Assembly (NCBI RefSeq): GCF_009914755.1
Contig: NC_060925.1
Direction: 5' to 3' (one strand)
DNA length: 64,000 nucleotides
Source of the DNA: the human T2T-CHM13v2.0 reference genome, Homo sapiens
The notes beneath the pieces were generated by a model. It worked only from the letters and a program-made list of their open reading frames with translations. It searched no databases and was not told the origin of the DNA. Position 1 is the first letter of the stretch. Each line of letters begins with the position of its first letter. Below, piece after piece: positions 1-11,962 of this stretch. The position numbers and the translations under genes were made by a program.

Positions 1-2432
1 AGAGGATTTCTTTGTGGGGATTGTTCTGTAGGCGGCTGTAATTATCAGTAGCTTTGTCCCATGCAAATTCCATTTATATCTTAGCACAAAGTAGTGGCCA
101 TTGTCTGCAGAGTAACTGGCTTCAGTCTTCTACGTCTAATGAGTAGGAAGGAAATAAAATCCTGGTGAAAAAATTCACAGATAAATTTTTTTTCAAGAAA
201 CTCTCTTAATTTTTTAACCCATTTCAGCCTCTGTTTGTATTGCTTTTTTCTTATTTTCCTCTCTATTTTGTTTTTCATGTATCATCTACTTCGTACAAAC
301 AGTAGACTTTATATATATGAGTTGTTCAGATTTATCATGTACTCTAATCTTAGAAATTTGAATTTGAAGAGACCTTTTAAAATAGATAATTGACAAGCCT
401 GTTAATATGATGCTGCAGTTTTCACATTTAGATTTGTTGAACTGTCTCTTAACCAACCTCTTCAAGAACTCCCAAAGTTTGTGGATTAATTTATTCGGCC
501 CTTTCTTTGGTGTTGATAGCAGAAGGGTTATTCATTTATGGGAATCCGACTATTTCACACTATGAAGCTGAAACCAATTGGTCTTGTTTATGTCTAGTAA
601 ATACTAGCAAGGAACGAGGAACTGGCCTCAGCATAGCCAGGCTATGATTAATTGTAGTATCAGTGAAACTGCTGCATCAGGCTCTTTTGCCCTAAAGCGT
701 TACTGTTTTTCCAGGGAAACCCTATACAGCTTTATCTCAAAGGGAAGATATTCCTAATGGGAATTCCTGCTCCTTTTTCTTTTTGTCTTTTTCATTATCT
801 TTGATGATCATGTTGAAAGTCAGTGGATATAAATTCTCTTTCTAAGGCCATTCCTAAGCAAGATGGAATCTGAACCACTTACTAACCTCCTCCCTCAATT
901 TTTTGGACTATAAACTAGAGATATTTTTTGCTATTTATCCAGCTTATAAGGAGATGGAACAATCATTGAAAAGAAGCCTTTGGTGCCCTTCCAAAGGATT
1001 AGGGGAAAAACATAGAATATTCTCTAAGTAATAAATTATATTTTAGTAATGAATTCTAAAGATAATCCAGAATAATAAATGAATAATATTTTATTGAGCA
1101 TCTGTTGTGTATTTAACTAGTCAGTATCATTTAAAAGAACTGTATGATATGATGCCCATTAGATTGACTAATTGGAAAATAAGAGCAACGCTTATAAGAC
1201 CAAGAATATATAAAAGATAGTATATAGTTTTTTCATTTGAAGAACATACTACAACAAAAAAATTCATGAAACAAAAATCACCTCTGTTTCCTTTCAATCT
1301 AGCACAATAACTATTTTTTATTTATTCTATATTTCTAGCCTTTTTACAATTTTGTGAAGGCTTTATCATTAATAGAAGGAATAGTTAGGATTGATCTATT
1401 TTGTCACTTTTATTTTTATTATTTTGACCACCTACTGTATGCCAAGCAAAGTGCTAGGATATATTAGGAAGTGGCTGAAAATAAGATTTGACCAACAAAA
1501 TAGTAGAAATTTCTAGAAGTTCATTCACAATTGCTTAGTGTGTACGGGTCTATTTATATAAACTATGCACATCCATCCTCAGGCATGAAGCTATTTTTAT
1601 TGATATATAACTATAATCTGTAAATCGACTAAACCAGATCTTTCTTCACACCTTTAAGAAATGTCCCTATGTTACTTTTGCATGTGTAAGTTTTAAAGTC
1701 TCTCCCAACCCATCTCTGATAGCCTTTTAGTCTCTGCAATCAGTTTTTTAATCTGGTCTTCCTCACTCTCCAGTTCATCAAAATACCCCTTCTTTTAAAA
1801 TATTTATTTAGAGTTTAACTGAGTTCTATTTCAGAATGGTATAAAGATCCTTAAGATGTAATGGCTGTGATAGGGGAGAAAATGCCCTTCAATTATGAAA
1901 TTATGGAATTCTGGTCCTTAAAATACAAATCCCTCTATTTAATTATAAAAGGCTAACTCACATGCCAAGTTTTGTACTCTCTCTTTAGCTTACTCTCTCT
2001 CTCTGAGGCAGGACAGAGGGGAAAAAAATTGTGTGTTTCCATCATTGTTTGTGGAGAAAGCACTAATGTTCAATAGCCTAATATAAATTGTAATATCTAA
2101 TGCTAGTTTTTGAAACATAAATATTGTAATGACTGACACCTAACCTCTCTGTAGCACTCTGAAGTTTCCAAAGAATTTTCAAATATATTGTCTTATCCTC
2201 ACAGCTCCCTATGAGATGATCAAGATAGGTGGTGGTGACAGTGTTGGTATGTCTATTCAGTAGATTAGGAAAATAGACTACCCAGTATCCATCATTTTGA
2301 TCCTGTATTCAAGAAATTTTCCAGTATAAGGACCCTTGAGTGATCTTAATCCATCATGAAGTCAGTGTTCTGTAAAGATAACCAGCATCACTTGTCCTTC
2401 TTTTTCTCTAAATCAATAATATGAAAACTAAA

Positions 2433-2497
2433 TAGACTGGTGCAAAAGTAATTGCAGGTTTTGCCATTTAACCCACAATTACTTTTGCACCAACCTA
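2433..2497. mobile_element. MADE1-type mariner MITE (palindromic)
   Basis: Inverted repeats tggtgcaaaagtaattg ... caattacttttgcacca. Confidence 0.85.
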
Positions 2498-3013
2498 GTA
2501 TTTGCCATTCTGATATATAAATGGGCACTTTGTGAGTTTGTTTAGCACTAATCAGTTTTTTGGTTTCTGATTGTGTCTGGGCTAAACAGATATTTTGACC
2601 ATCAGGTTATGCTTTCTTTCTCTTATTTAATCATCAAATAGACTTTTATGGCATAAAAGACTTTTATGGCAGAGGTCATTTATTAATTTCAGCAGGCAAT
2701 TTGTTACCTACCAGTATTTGGACCACTGGGCAAATTAACAATTTTAAGGCTTTGACTTTCTTTAGAGGGAGAATAAGGATGCCTCTTGGATATGATATAT
2801 GCAACTTTCTATTCAGAATAGTTTGCACTTATACAAATGTATATTCTCTTTCCCCACCCCTAGCCTTGGCATTAGTAAAATAATACTTAAAGCTAAGAGC
2901 ATTTATTAGAAAACTGAGAGATCACAGTTAATGTCTTCCAAGAATAGCTGTTTGTGAAACATAGCACACGGGTGAGCTGTTAGGGGAAATGCTAATAACT
3001 GTTTCTGATGCAG

Positions 3014-3148
3014 GTTCAGTCACCTGTGGACTCTGCCACAATGTCCCCAGTAGAGAGGACAGCAGCCTGGGTTCTGAACAATGGGCAGTATGAAGAGGAT
3101 GTGGAAGAAACTGAGCAAAATCTAGATGAAGCCAAGCATGCTGAGAAG
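3014..3148 (+). CDS. RASAL2: RASAL2 coding exon (VQSPVDS...AKHAEK)
   Basis: gatgcag|GTT ... GAAG|gtagaa; 135 nt, phase 0/0; contains family motif RTAAW. Confidence 0.93.
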
Positions 3149-3302
3149 GTAGAACCTAGTCTGCTTCATCAACTTTCTGATCCCAAAATGACAGGCCACT
3201 AAAAAGGTTATCTAGCTAAGAACATAAACTCATCCCACCCCCATCTTCACCTCTACCCCTTATGTTAATCATCCTATACATATCTATGTAAAATAGGTCA
3301 GT

Positions 3303-3339
<37 letters not shown>

Positions 3340-6300
3340 ATACATGGAAAATGTTCATCTTGCTAGGGGGTGGCAGTTAGCTACTATTTTTTTTAATGTA
3401 GATGCCTTAATCTAGAGGACACTCTACTATTCATTTCTAGTCATTTTAGGTAAATATTTCATGTTTCTGTGTTTCCATAAACTTGTTGGTCTTCACCCAA
3501 GGACAAAATTACCCTAGGGCAAGACTTTTTGTTTATCTTGGTAACAATTAGGTTTTGGTTTTAGTTGTTTTTTTTTTGTTTTTTTTTTTTTTTGCCTTTT
3601 CTGGATAAAGAATGTATAGCTCTATAAATGACTGTTAAAAGGATATTATCTATTGTTTAGATTTTGTTTTTTTGTTTTTTAAGGAAAAGTTGACAAGGGG
3701 TAAAAGGGTTATCAAACAAGAACCTTGTCATCATATATAGCATTATATTATTTAATTGACAACCAGACAATTAGCTTCTTTTTATCAGCATGATATTCCA
3801 GTGTACTCAAACCCCAGCCACAGCAACTACAGTACAGGAAAGGGCCATGTAACTAATTGAGTCACTGAATTTATGTAAAGCTCCTTAGAACACAAACATG
3901 TATGTTCCAGCAAGCAGTACAAAATTGGGCAGGTGAGTCATATTACAAAAATGGGCAAAGAAGCAATATTAATTGGCCCTAGAGAACATGTAGGCCTTTG
4001 TTTAGTGCTTGTGACTGGAATACTTTACACTTTTATAGTTGGGGAAAAAGCAGCAATAACCTCTGCCATGAAAGTCTTATTGATTCATGGGCTTAACATT
4101 ATAGAAATGTTGCTTGTTCTCTGTAGGGCTGATTCTAGTAGAACAAAGGAATGGCAGTCTGATGAGCTAAGACACATCAGAGATCCTACAGTGCAGATGA
4201 TGACACAGAATCTTTTTCTCTTATAGACAACTGACTTTTGGCTTATTTTAAGTGATTTGTCAGACTTTTAAGTACTTCATCTGGTTTTTTTTTCCCCCTT
4301 TCATTTGATACCATCACAGATTGGATGTGGCTTATAGCAATGGTAGCCTAGTGTAGAGAGAGATACATATATATGTAGAATTTGGAATGCCAAGTTAAGA
4401 TTTAAAATGTAATTTTAGTAAGGAAGGCAATGCTCCATTAACATTTATGCCAGTTGATAATTATAAAGAATATTAAGAACAGTATAGGGAATGACAGCAC
4501 AGCCAGCATCTAGCTACACTGCTTAGGGTTTCTTTTGTTAAAAAAAAGAAAAAAGAAAAAGAAAAAAAGAAAGAAAAGTAAATCACTGATTTCTAAAAGC
4601 AATGTGACTCTAGTTTTTGTCTCCTTGCCTCCTCTGCCCTAGTATGAACAAGAAATTACTAAACTGAAGGAGCGCCTGAGAGTTTCCAGCCGGCGACTGG
4701 AGGAATATGAACGCCGCTTGCTGGTGCAGGAGCAGCAGATGCAGAAGCTGCTGCTGGAATACAAGGCCCGACTGGAGGACAGCGAGGAGCGGCTCCGAAG
4801 ACAGCAGGAAGAAAAAGATAGCCAGATGAAAAGCATCATCAGCAGGTTAGACATCACCTGGCAGCAGATGTGGGCTAGTTAGCAAGACAAAGAATTGAGA
4901 TGATCCACAGAACCCTGAAGGAATGGCAGCAAAAGCCATTTTTATCCTTGTGGTACTGAGTACAAATGTGATAATTGACTGTATCTCTTAAAATATCCTA
5001 AATATGAGACCTTGGGCACTTCCTATGAAGATAATCTGTTTTTCTTTAACCATAACAATTAGAAAAAATTAAAACTTGGTGGTTTACTTGAGAAATCTTA
5101 GAGGAGAACTCGGTTTTAAAAATGTAAATATCCAATGCCCAAGACTAAATTAATCTTTCAAAATAAGTCCAGAAACATGGAAAGGAATTTTATGGAATAT
5201 CTTTAGGGCCAGAGGACCTCTTTTGAGAGTGCTGCAGATGCCAAGGGAGAAAAAGGGAGGGTCAGTTTTACCAAACACTTGTATAGCACTCGACATGGGA
5301 CACACACCTTTCTAAGCACTTTACACATAATAGTTTGTTTAATCTTTATCACAGCCTCCACCTACGCATTATTATTCTCATTTTACAAATAAACAGGCAA
5401 CAAATTCATTAAGTCACTTGCCCAAGGTCACATAGTGATGCACCAGGATTTGAATCCCGGACTCCAGATTCCATGCTCATAACCTCTATGCCTCAATATT
5501 TGTAAAATGCTATGGACAGGTCAAGTAAACAGAACTGTTTGTTGTTTTAATAGTGTGGAGGTAATTGACAGTCTTACTGAGAGGTGTTTGGGTAGACTGG
5601 CAGAATTAAACATCAATGAGTTAAGATGTGAATGGCGGACAGAAAACAAGCTAAACATACTAGGTATAGAGTACTCATTGAGGAAACTTAGCTGTGCAAG
5701 GGAAGAGAAAGTGGGCCAGGTTTAGGGTAACTTGAGATTAAGAGAGGGTTGTTTGTTTTTTGTTGGTTGATTTGATATTTTAAGATGAAATAAGTTGTGC
5801 TCAGGAAGGAATCTGAGAGAGAAGAGGGAGGAAATGATTATGGGGTTACTATTCCAAGGGAGATGAAAATGTGTGGGATCCAGGCACAAGGAGAAAAATC
5901 AACCTTAGATGTCTTATTCCAAGGTAGTAGAGAAGAAAGAAAAGATGGTTGCAGGTGTCTTATTAAAAAGGGCAGAGGATATTGAGTTTTCCTGTTCTCT
6001 ACACTAGCTAGCCCTTTCTTTGAAGATGTTGATATTTCCTTCCTGCCACATTCTAGGCTAATGGCTGTGGAAGAGGAACTGAAGAAGGATCATGCTGAGA
6101 TGCAAGCAGTTATTGATGCAAAGCAGAAAATAATTGATGCACAGGTAAGCAGGCTTTGAATCTAATAGAAGGCACTTGTTTATAGTAACGATTATTTCCT
6201 GACTTCACACCCTTGCAAATGCCAAGGCAGGTACCCAAAAATGTGTCATTGAAAAGTTCTAGACGCTACATTTTGAAGATTAAATGAGTGTCTGTGTGAC

Positions 6301-9300
6301 CTCCATTATTTTCCTTTCTTTCACTGGTGAGAAGTCTGTTTACTCAGCAAAGTATTAGCGTGTTTAGTGCAGTTGCTTGACAAATCTCAACCTAGTGCAT
6401 GATGGGGTTTGCTTCTTTCCCTATGGAAAGGAGGGCATTTTCTAAGGGCGTAATTGTGAAAAGTGCACTGCATGTGCCTGGCTTGTGACCTCCACTGACC
6501 ATTGCTTGGCTGTGCTGTTCATGGTCTTGTCAGTCACGTCCACTGCCATCAACCTTTTGCCCCAGACAGTAATGGAATTGCCAGGGAAAGACAAGGTTGT
6601 AAAAAGGTACCTTTCCTTGTTGTTCTTTTGGTTTAGGGTTTGGCATTGCTGCTTGGAATGTGCTTGGCTGCTCTTCTTTGTTGGTGCTGTGCTTAGAGAG
6701 CATCTTTTGATAAAACTTTAAAAAAAGAAAAGGTTGTTGAAATCAGAACCTAGGCTTCTGCTCACTGTAGCTCACACCTGTGACACCAATGACATAAAGG
6801 CTGCCAAGAGCACCTCATAGGGACATGTCAATGATTAGAGCAAAATCCAGGAGGCAAGAAGTGTTTCTAACTCCTTTTTATTTTATCATTGCAAAATATG
6901 GTTGTATTTCTTAGGGTGAAACAAATAACAAAAAGCAGTTACAGTTTTTATAGTTTTGATAGTGGCTGATCTAGCCACTGAATGTGTTGCTTCCCTGAAG
7001 ATAGCCGATCCAGGTTTGCATTTTTCAACCTTAAATGACATATCATATCCCTAAGCTGTGAAATAAAAAATGAGAGCAAGGATTTTATGCATAGATAGCC
7101 TCCTCCCTTCTCTAGGTATCAGCTAGTAATCAACATATTTTAGAGCCCCCAGTATTCTTAAACATGTACTTAACAGTCTAGTTTCCTTACAGAGTCCATG
7201 TGGAATGGGTTTATTTTTCAACAAAATTGAGAGTGAGGCTGAAAGCACGGTCGTGGAAAGAATGCTTCATGGGCCTCACACTCCTTTAAACACACTAGAC
7301 TTGGAAGTCAGGTGAGAGTTGTGAGGATGCAATCAGCACTGCTCCTTAAAATATTTTGGATTCTTGAACTCTATAGTTTCTGGATACTTAGACATGCGGA
7401 GAATCAGAAGAAAGGTCTGTAGTAATTATCTTACTTGGTCCTTTGAAAGAAATCTTTCTAGATGCCCCCAGGGTAGGTGAGGTAAGGGTAGTGGAGACTA
7501 GGCCATCTCACTATTCACACTATAAAAAATCATCCCAGAGACTTAAGAAAAACAGCCTGGATAAATAAGGCAATTGAGTCAGGAAAACTAATGTTAGTAG
7601 GTTTTCACTTTGGAAATTTCAATATAACAATATAAAGCAAGAAGAGTTCTATTAATAACCACACAAGGAGAGATGTTAGTACTAAGAGATAAAACAGACT
7701 TTTTAAATAATTTCAGCTGGTTTAAAAGTATCAGTCTTGGCCAGGCAAGGTGGCTGATGCCTGTAATCCCAGCACTTTGGGAGGCTGAGGCAGGCGGATT
7801 GCTTGAGCTCAGGATTTCAAGACCAGCCTGGGTAACATGGTGAGACCCACCTCTACAAAAAATGCAAAAATTAGTCAGACATGGTGGCTCATGCCTGTAG
7901 TCCCAGCTGCTTGGGGGGCTGAGGTGGGAGGATAGCTTGAGCCCAGGAGGTCAAGGCTGTGGTGAGCCATATTTGCGCCAGTGCACTATAGCCTGAGCGA
8001 CAAAGTGAGACCCTGTCTTGAAAAAAAATGTAATAGTCTTAAGCAGAGGGAGCTTGGGTGTGCCACAGTTGTGGTTCTGTACACAGGCTGACAGGACAGC
8101 CTCATGATTAGCTCCTGAAGATTTCTACCCCACCCCCTAATTTTATATTAGGGCTAGGTGACTGGGTATAAAGCAGAAGTCACCTGCTAGGCATAGGAGG
8201 TAAAAGCCAGGGAGGGAATCTGATTTATTAGGACTCAAATGCTCTGGAAAGTAAGGACTTTCTCTCAGTTAACCAGGAGGGTGTCATGTGTAGGAATGGG
8301 AGAAATGCTATCCTCAAACCGTAAGTCACTGTCAGACTGGTGGTCTGCTAAGCTAGTTAATGTTTTCAGTCCATACTTCAAGACAGTGGTTTTGAAATGG
8401 TTTGGTTCTCTGGACTATTTTGGTAGAATCCAGGCACCTTTCATAAATGAATATCCAGCTCCTTCCACTGACCACTCAACAGCAAGGACCACACTCTCAA
8501 CTAATGAATCAAATCATACTGGGATTGGTTAAATATAATAAATTACCTACCCAAACACAAATATTACTATATAATAAATTATTCTACCAGAGACCCACTG
8601 TGGATCCCTAAAGAATAGTTGGGAGAATCCACTAAACTATATTTGGAAAACCTCTGCACCATGCATAGCACAAATCCTAAACACTATAGTTAAATTTTAA
8701 AAAATTATAGTGTCCTTAAAAGGAAGGTTTCTTAATTCCAGCTGTTGGCTTACTGATACATTAAAATCTTATTATAGCAAATGACTTTAAACATCCTTTG
8801 GCATTCTTTGTAATGAATGACTTTTGTATCAGATCCTTTCTTTTGTAAGGATAAATCTTCTCTCTTAAGTGAATGATGGAGCAGAGCAGCCCTTCTGGCA
8901 TCATTTAATAGAATGAAGACGTGTTTGGGGTGAAAGCTTCCCAGAGAAGTGACTCTTATGTCAACACTTCCCAAAACACTACCAGCCAGGTGCCCAGTAA
9001 ACTGGTTTTCATGTCTCTCAGCAGCCCTGTGCTCCCAGGAAAATCTTGTCCCTGAATTCAGCCTCTGCCTCTTTTTGAGTCATTTCATGCTACAAGGCAC
9101 AGGCCTGCATCAGCCACTTTCTAACAGGAACTGCAAAAGGATGAGCACTCCTTTGGTGAGTGGCAGAAGCACCTATCCTGGACCTTGTAGCTTAGGGGCC
9201 ATAGGGATCCTAGTGGTGATCATAAGGATCCATTTCTTAAATATCAGACCAGAGAATGTGCCACCTTTCACCCCTGAGCATGAGGAGACACTGTGGCTCC

Positions 9301-11962
9301 CAGGATCTCTCTATGTGACTCAGGTGGAGAACAGAGAAGGGCTTCCTCCTATGAGAAGCAAAAGCAGCTGCCTAGTTACTGTTGCAAGTGATATCTCCGC
9401 TGTGTTAAATTACAGGTCATAAATGGAGATGAGATTATTCAAACAGGCAAGTAAACCCCGCGTCCGTTCTCTAGCTGAGCAGTTCCCAGCCCTGGCCCAG
9501 TGCACTGGCCTCCTACACATTCCAGCTCCTGCCACTCCCCACATGGGAATCCTTCCTGTCAGGTGTGGACTAGATTGCTTTCCCTTACAATCCAGGCAGA
9601 ATTGAAATGTCCGAGCATCTTTTGTCAACTGAACTTGACTTTCATAAGTCTCTATTTGATTTTTTTTAACTTTTTTGTTTTATTTTGAGAGGTTGGCAAT
9701 AGGGGGAAATACAAAGGGAGTTTCTTTATGTGGAAACTTTCAGCTGTTTAGTAGGGGGGCTGTTTGTCTTCAGTTGTTACCTTTTTAGGCAGTAAGTAAT
9801 TACAGTCATTCTTAGGCTTTTTGACCCTTTAAAAATCAAATTTTTTATGAATTATTTATTTTTGGATGAACCCTGGAGAATCCTAATTTCCTTATGAGGC
9901 CTTATAATTTATCCCAGTTCTGAAATATCTTTTCTTTAATCGTTCAAGAAATTATCAGTTACTCAGTTTAGAGATCATTCCTAATAATGCGAGTAGGGAG
10001 GGGGGAATATCATACTTAGCTCTTACCTCTTGTTTTCTAGTATTCACTGGCCAGTTCTTACCTATTGGCTTTTCAAAGATCTATATTTGTTATCCCAGTA
10101 AACTTCATTGGTTAAAATTTTTTTAATAATAATTATTTTTTAAAAGCCTTGCAGCTCTTTCCTTTAGTTTTGTCTATCCTTAAAATGAATTACTTTCCTA
10201 AAATAAAAAGCATTTTATACCAGATGCATGGGTCATTAATAGTGCTGATTTTGTATATCTTACCACATGAGTTCTCCATCAGGGAAAGAAGGATTTTTTT
10301 TTAAATGATAATGACAAGCAAGAGCTAGTTTGTTGTTGTTTCTTTTTTTTTAATATACTTTTGAAACTGTGACCACCAGCACTGCTGCCTTACGGATCCT
10401 ACCCTCCTGCCCCCAGAAAGCAGGAGAGTAAAGGGAAGTATTACTTGATGCCATGGTGGTATGTGATTTTACCTAGATTTTTCCCCCAGGGCCGTGGTCT
10501 TCACTCTGCATGCTCCCAGTAGCATGTGTCCCAAAGTGTAGCACTACATGACAGCCCTGGGTAGCTGCTGTTTTAATAGCAAGGAGCAGCACCAGCCCTG
10601 AGCCCTGCTACTTCCTCTCTGAACTTTACCATGACTAAACTTTACCATGCTTTTCTCAGGGTCAATTTTAAAAACCCCTAAGGTAGTAAAACTCCTTTTG
10701 GCTTTGGAGGTATTCCCTATGTGTTATTTTCTTTTTAATTTTACAGGCATAGGTAAAGACTGTTTCCTGCGTTGTTTTCTGAAAACTATAGACTTCATGT
10801 TAGAAAGGTTCTAGAATGATTTACTGAGCTGCTGAAGCTAAGATTAGGGTATCTCTTCTAACCTAATCCTTAGGAGACTGATAATGTTTTGATAAAATGA
10901 TTTTATTAAAAAAATTTTAGATAGTCCTACTTTCCTTTAGTTAGACTGCCTATTTTTTTTCCTCTTTTCTTCCCCCTTGGTTTTTGTGTGTGTGTATTCA
11001 CCAATGCTTGGTTTCCAAATATTGTTTCTAAAGCATTTTTTTTCAGAGACTCAAAAGTAAAATGAAAGCAATCTCCGTATTGGGCAGCCCTCCTGGAGTA
11101 ACTTTGAGCTGGAATGGGTCTAGGAGCCTGTGTTCTCTGTTTGTTCTCATGTGTTATGTTGATGGCATTCCCTTTTCGGCACATCTCCCTCCCCATATTC
11201 AAGTAACTCCTTGGTCTGAGCTTTTTGGCTGCTTTTTTCCCCTCTTGCTGTTGCAACCTCACCTTGTTGGTGACTCTACACTGCCACCATGTATTGTTTT
11301 AATTTTGAGCACAATGTGAATTCCTTCCAAATGTGACTGATATGCCCTCTTTTGGGGCTAAGAACCCATAGATCACATGCTCTTCTCCTCTGTGAAATGA
11401 AACCTCTGGTGCTTCTTTCTTTGCCACCTAATTTCCATGTTTCAATTTTGACCTAAAGCACTTAGTATAATAAGGCAGCTTGATACCTGTGTTGCATAGT
11501 CTGAGGTAACACATGGTATCACTTTTACATGACAGTCTAATGTCCCAAGAGATTGTTAATAAAAAGTCCTGCTATGCTGAAAGAAAAAGAGAGAGAGAAA
11601 AAAATAAACACAGATCCATTGGGCTCAGGGGAAGCTGAACCTGACCAGTGTGCAGAAAGAGGCAGAGACGTTCCATTTGTCTGGGAAGCACCATGCATAC
11701 AACTGTTTGAGAGAAAGCACTGGACTAGTCATTCAGTAAAGAAAGCGTGTTACCTCCTGCCTGTAGCCTGAATAAAGCCATGATTGGTGTGTTGTAGGAA
11801 AAACGGATCGTGTCCCTGGATTCAGCCAACACCAGACTGATGAGCGCGCTGACCCAAGTGAAGGAGCGGTACAGCATGCAGGTCCGCAATGGCATCTCCC
11901 CCACCAACCCCACCAAGCTTTCCATCACGGAGAATGGTGAATTCAAAAACAGCAGCTGCTGA
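3014..11962 (+). CDS. RASAL2: RASAL2 (RAS protein activator-like 2 / nGAP), last four coding exons (C-terminal coiled coil); gene is 5'-truncated by the window
   Basis: Exons 3014-3148, 4643-4845, 6057-6144, 11798-11962 have AG/GT ends and compatible phases (0,2,0). They translate to [23 protein letters not shown]...[12 protein letters not shown]...[16 protein letters not shown]...[14 protein letters not shown]...[12 protein letters not shown], the recognisable C-terminus of the SynGAP/DAB2IP/RASAL2 family. Confidence 0.96.
3304..3336. repeat. (GT)n microsatellite
   Basis: about 16 GT units. Confidence 0.95.
4643..4845 (+). CDS. RASAL2: RASAL2 coding exon (YEQEITKL...MKSIISR), coiled coil
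   Basis: polypyrimidine tract + cctag|TAT ... GCAG|gttaga; 203 nt, phase 0/2. Confidence 0.95.
6057..6144 (+). CDS. RASAL2: RASAL2 penultimate coding exon ([10 protein letters not shown]...IIDAQ)
   Basis: ttctag|G ... ACAG|gtaagc; 88 nt, phase 2/0. Confidence 0.95.
7739..8028 (+). mobile_element. Alu (AluJ-like)
   Basis: dimeric Alu consensus with A tail. Confidence 0.92.
11798..11962 (+). CDS. RASAL2: RASAL2 terminal coding exon (EKRIVSLD...KNSSC*)
   Basis: gttgtag|GAA; 54 codons + TGA at 11960-11962. Confidence 0.95.
   Translation, partial: EKRIVSLDSANTRLMSALTQVKERYSMQVRNGISPTNPTKLSITENGEFKNSSC

Noticed and set aside
4639-4857. 72-aa Ser-rich minus-strand ORF
   Set aside because: Antisense shadow of the RASAL2 coiled-coil exon.
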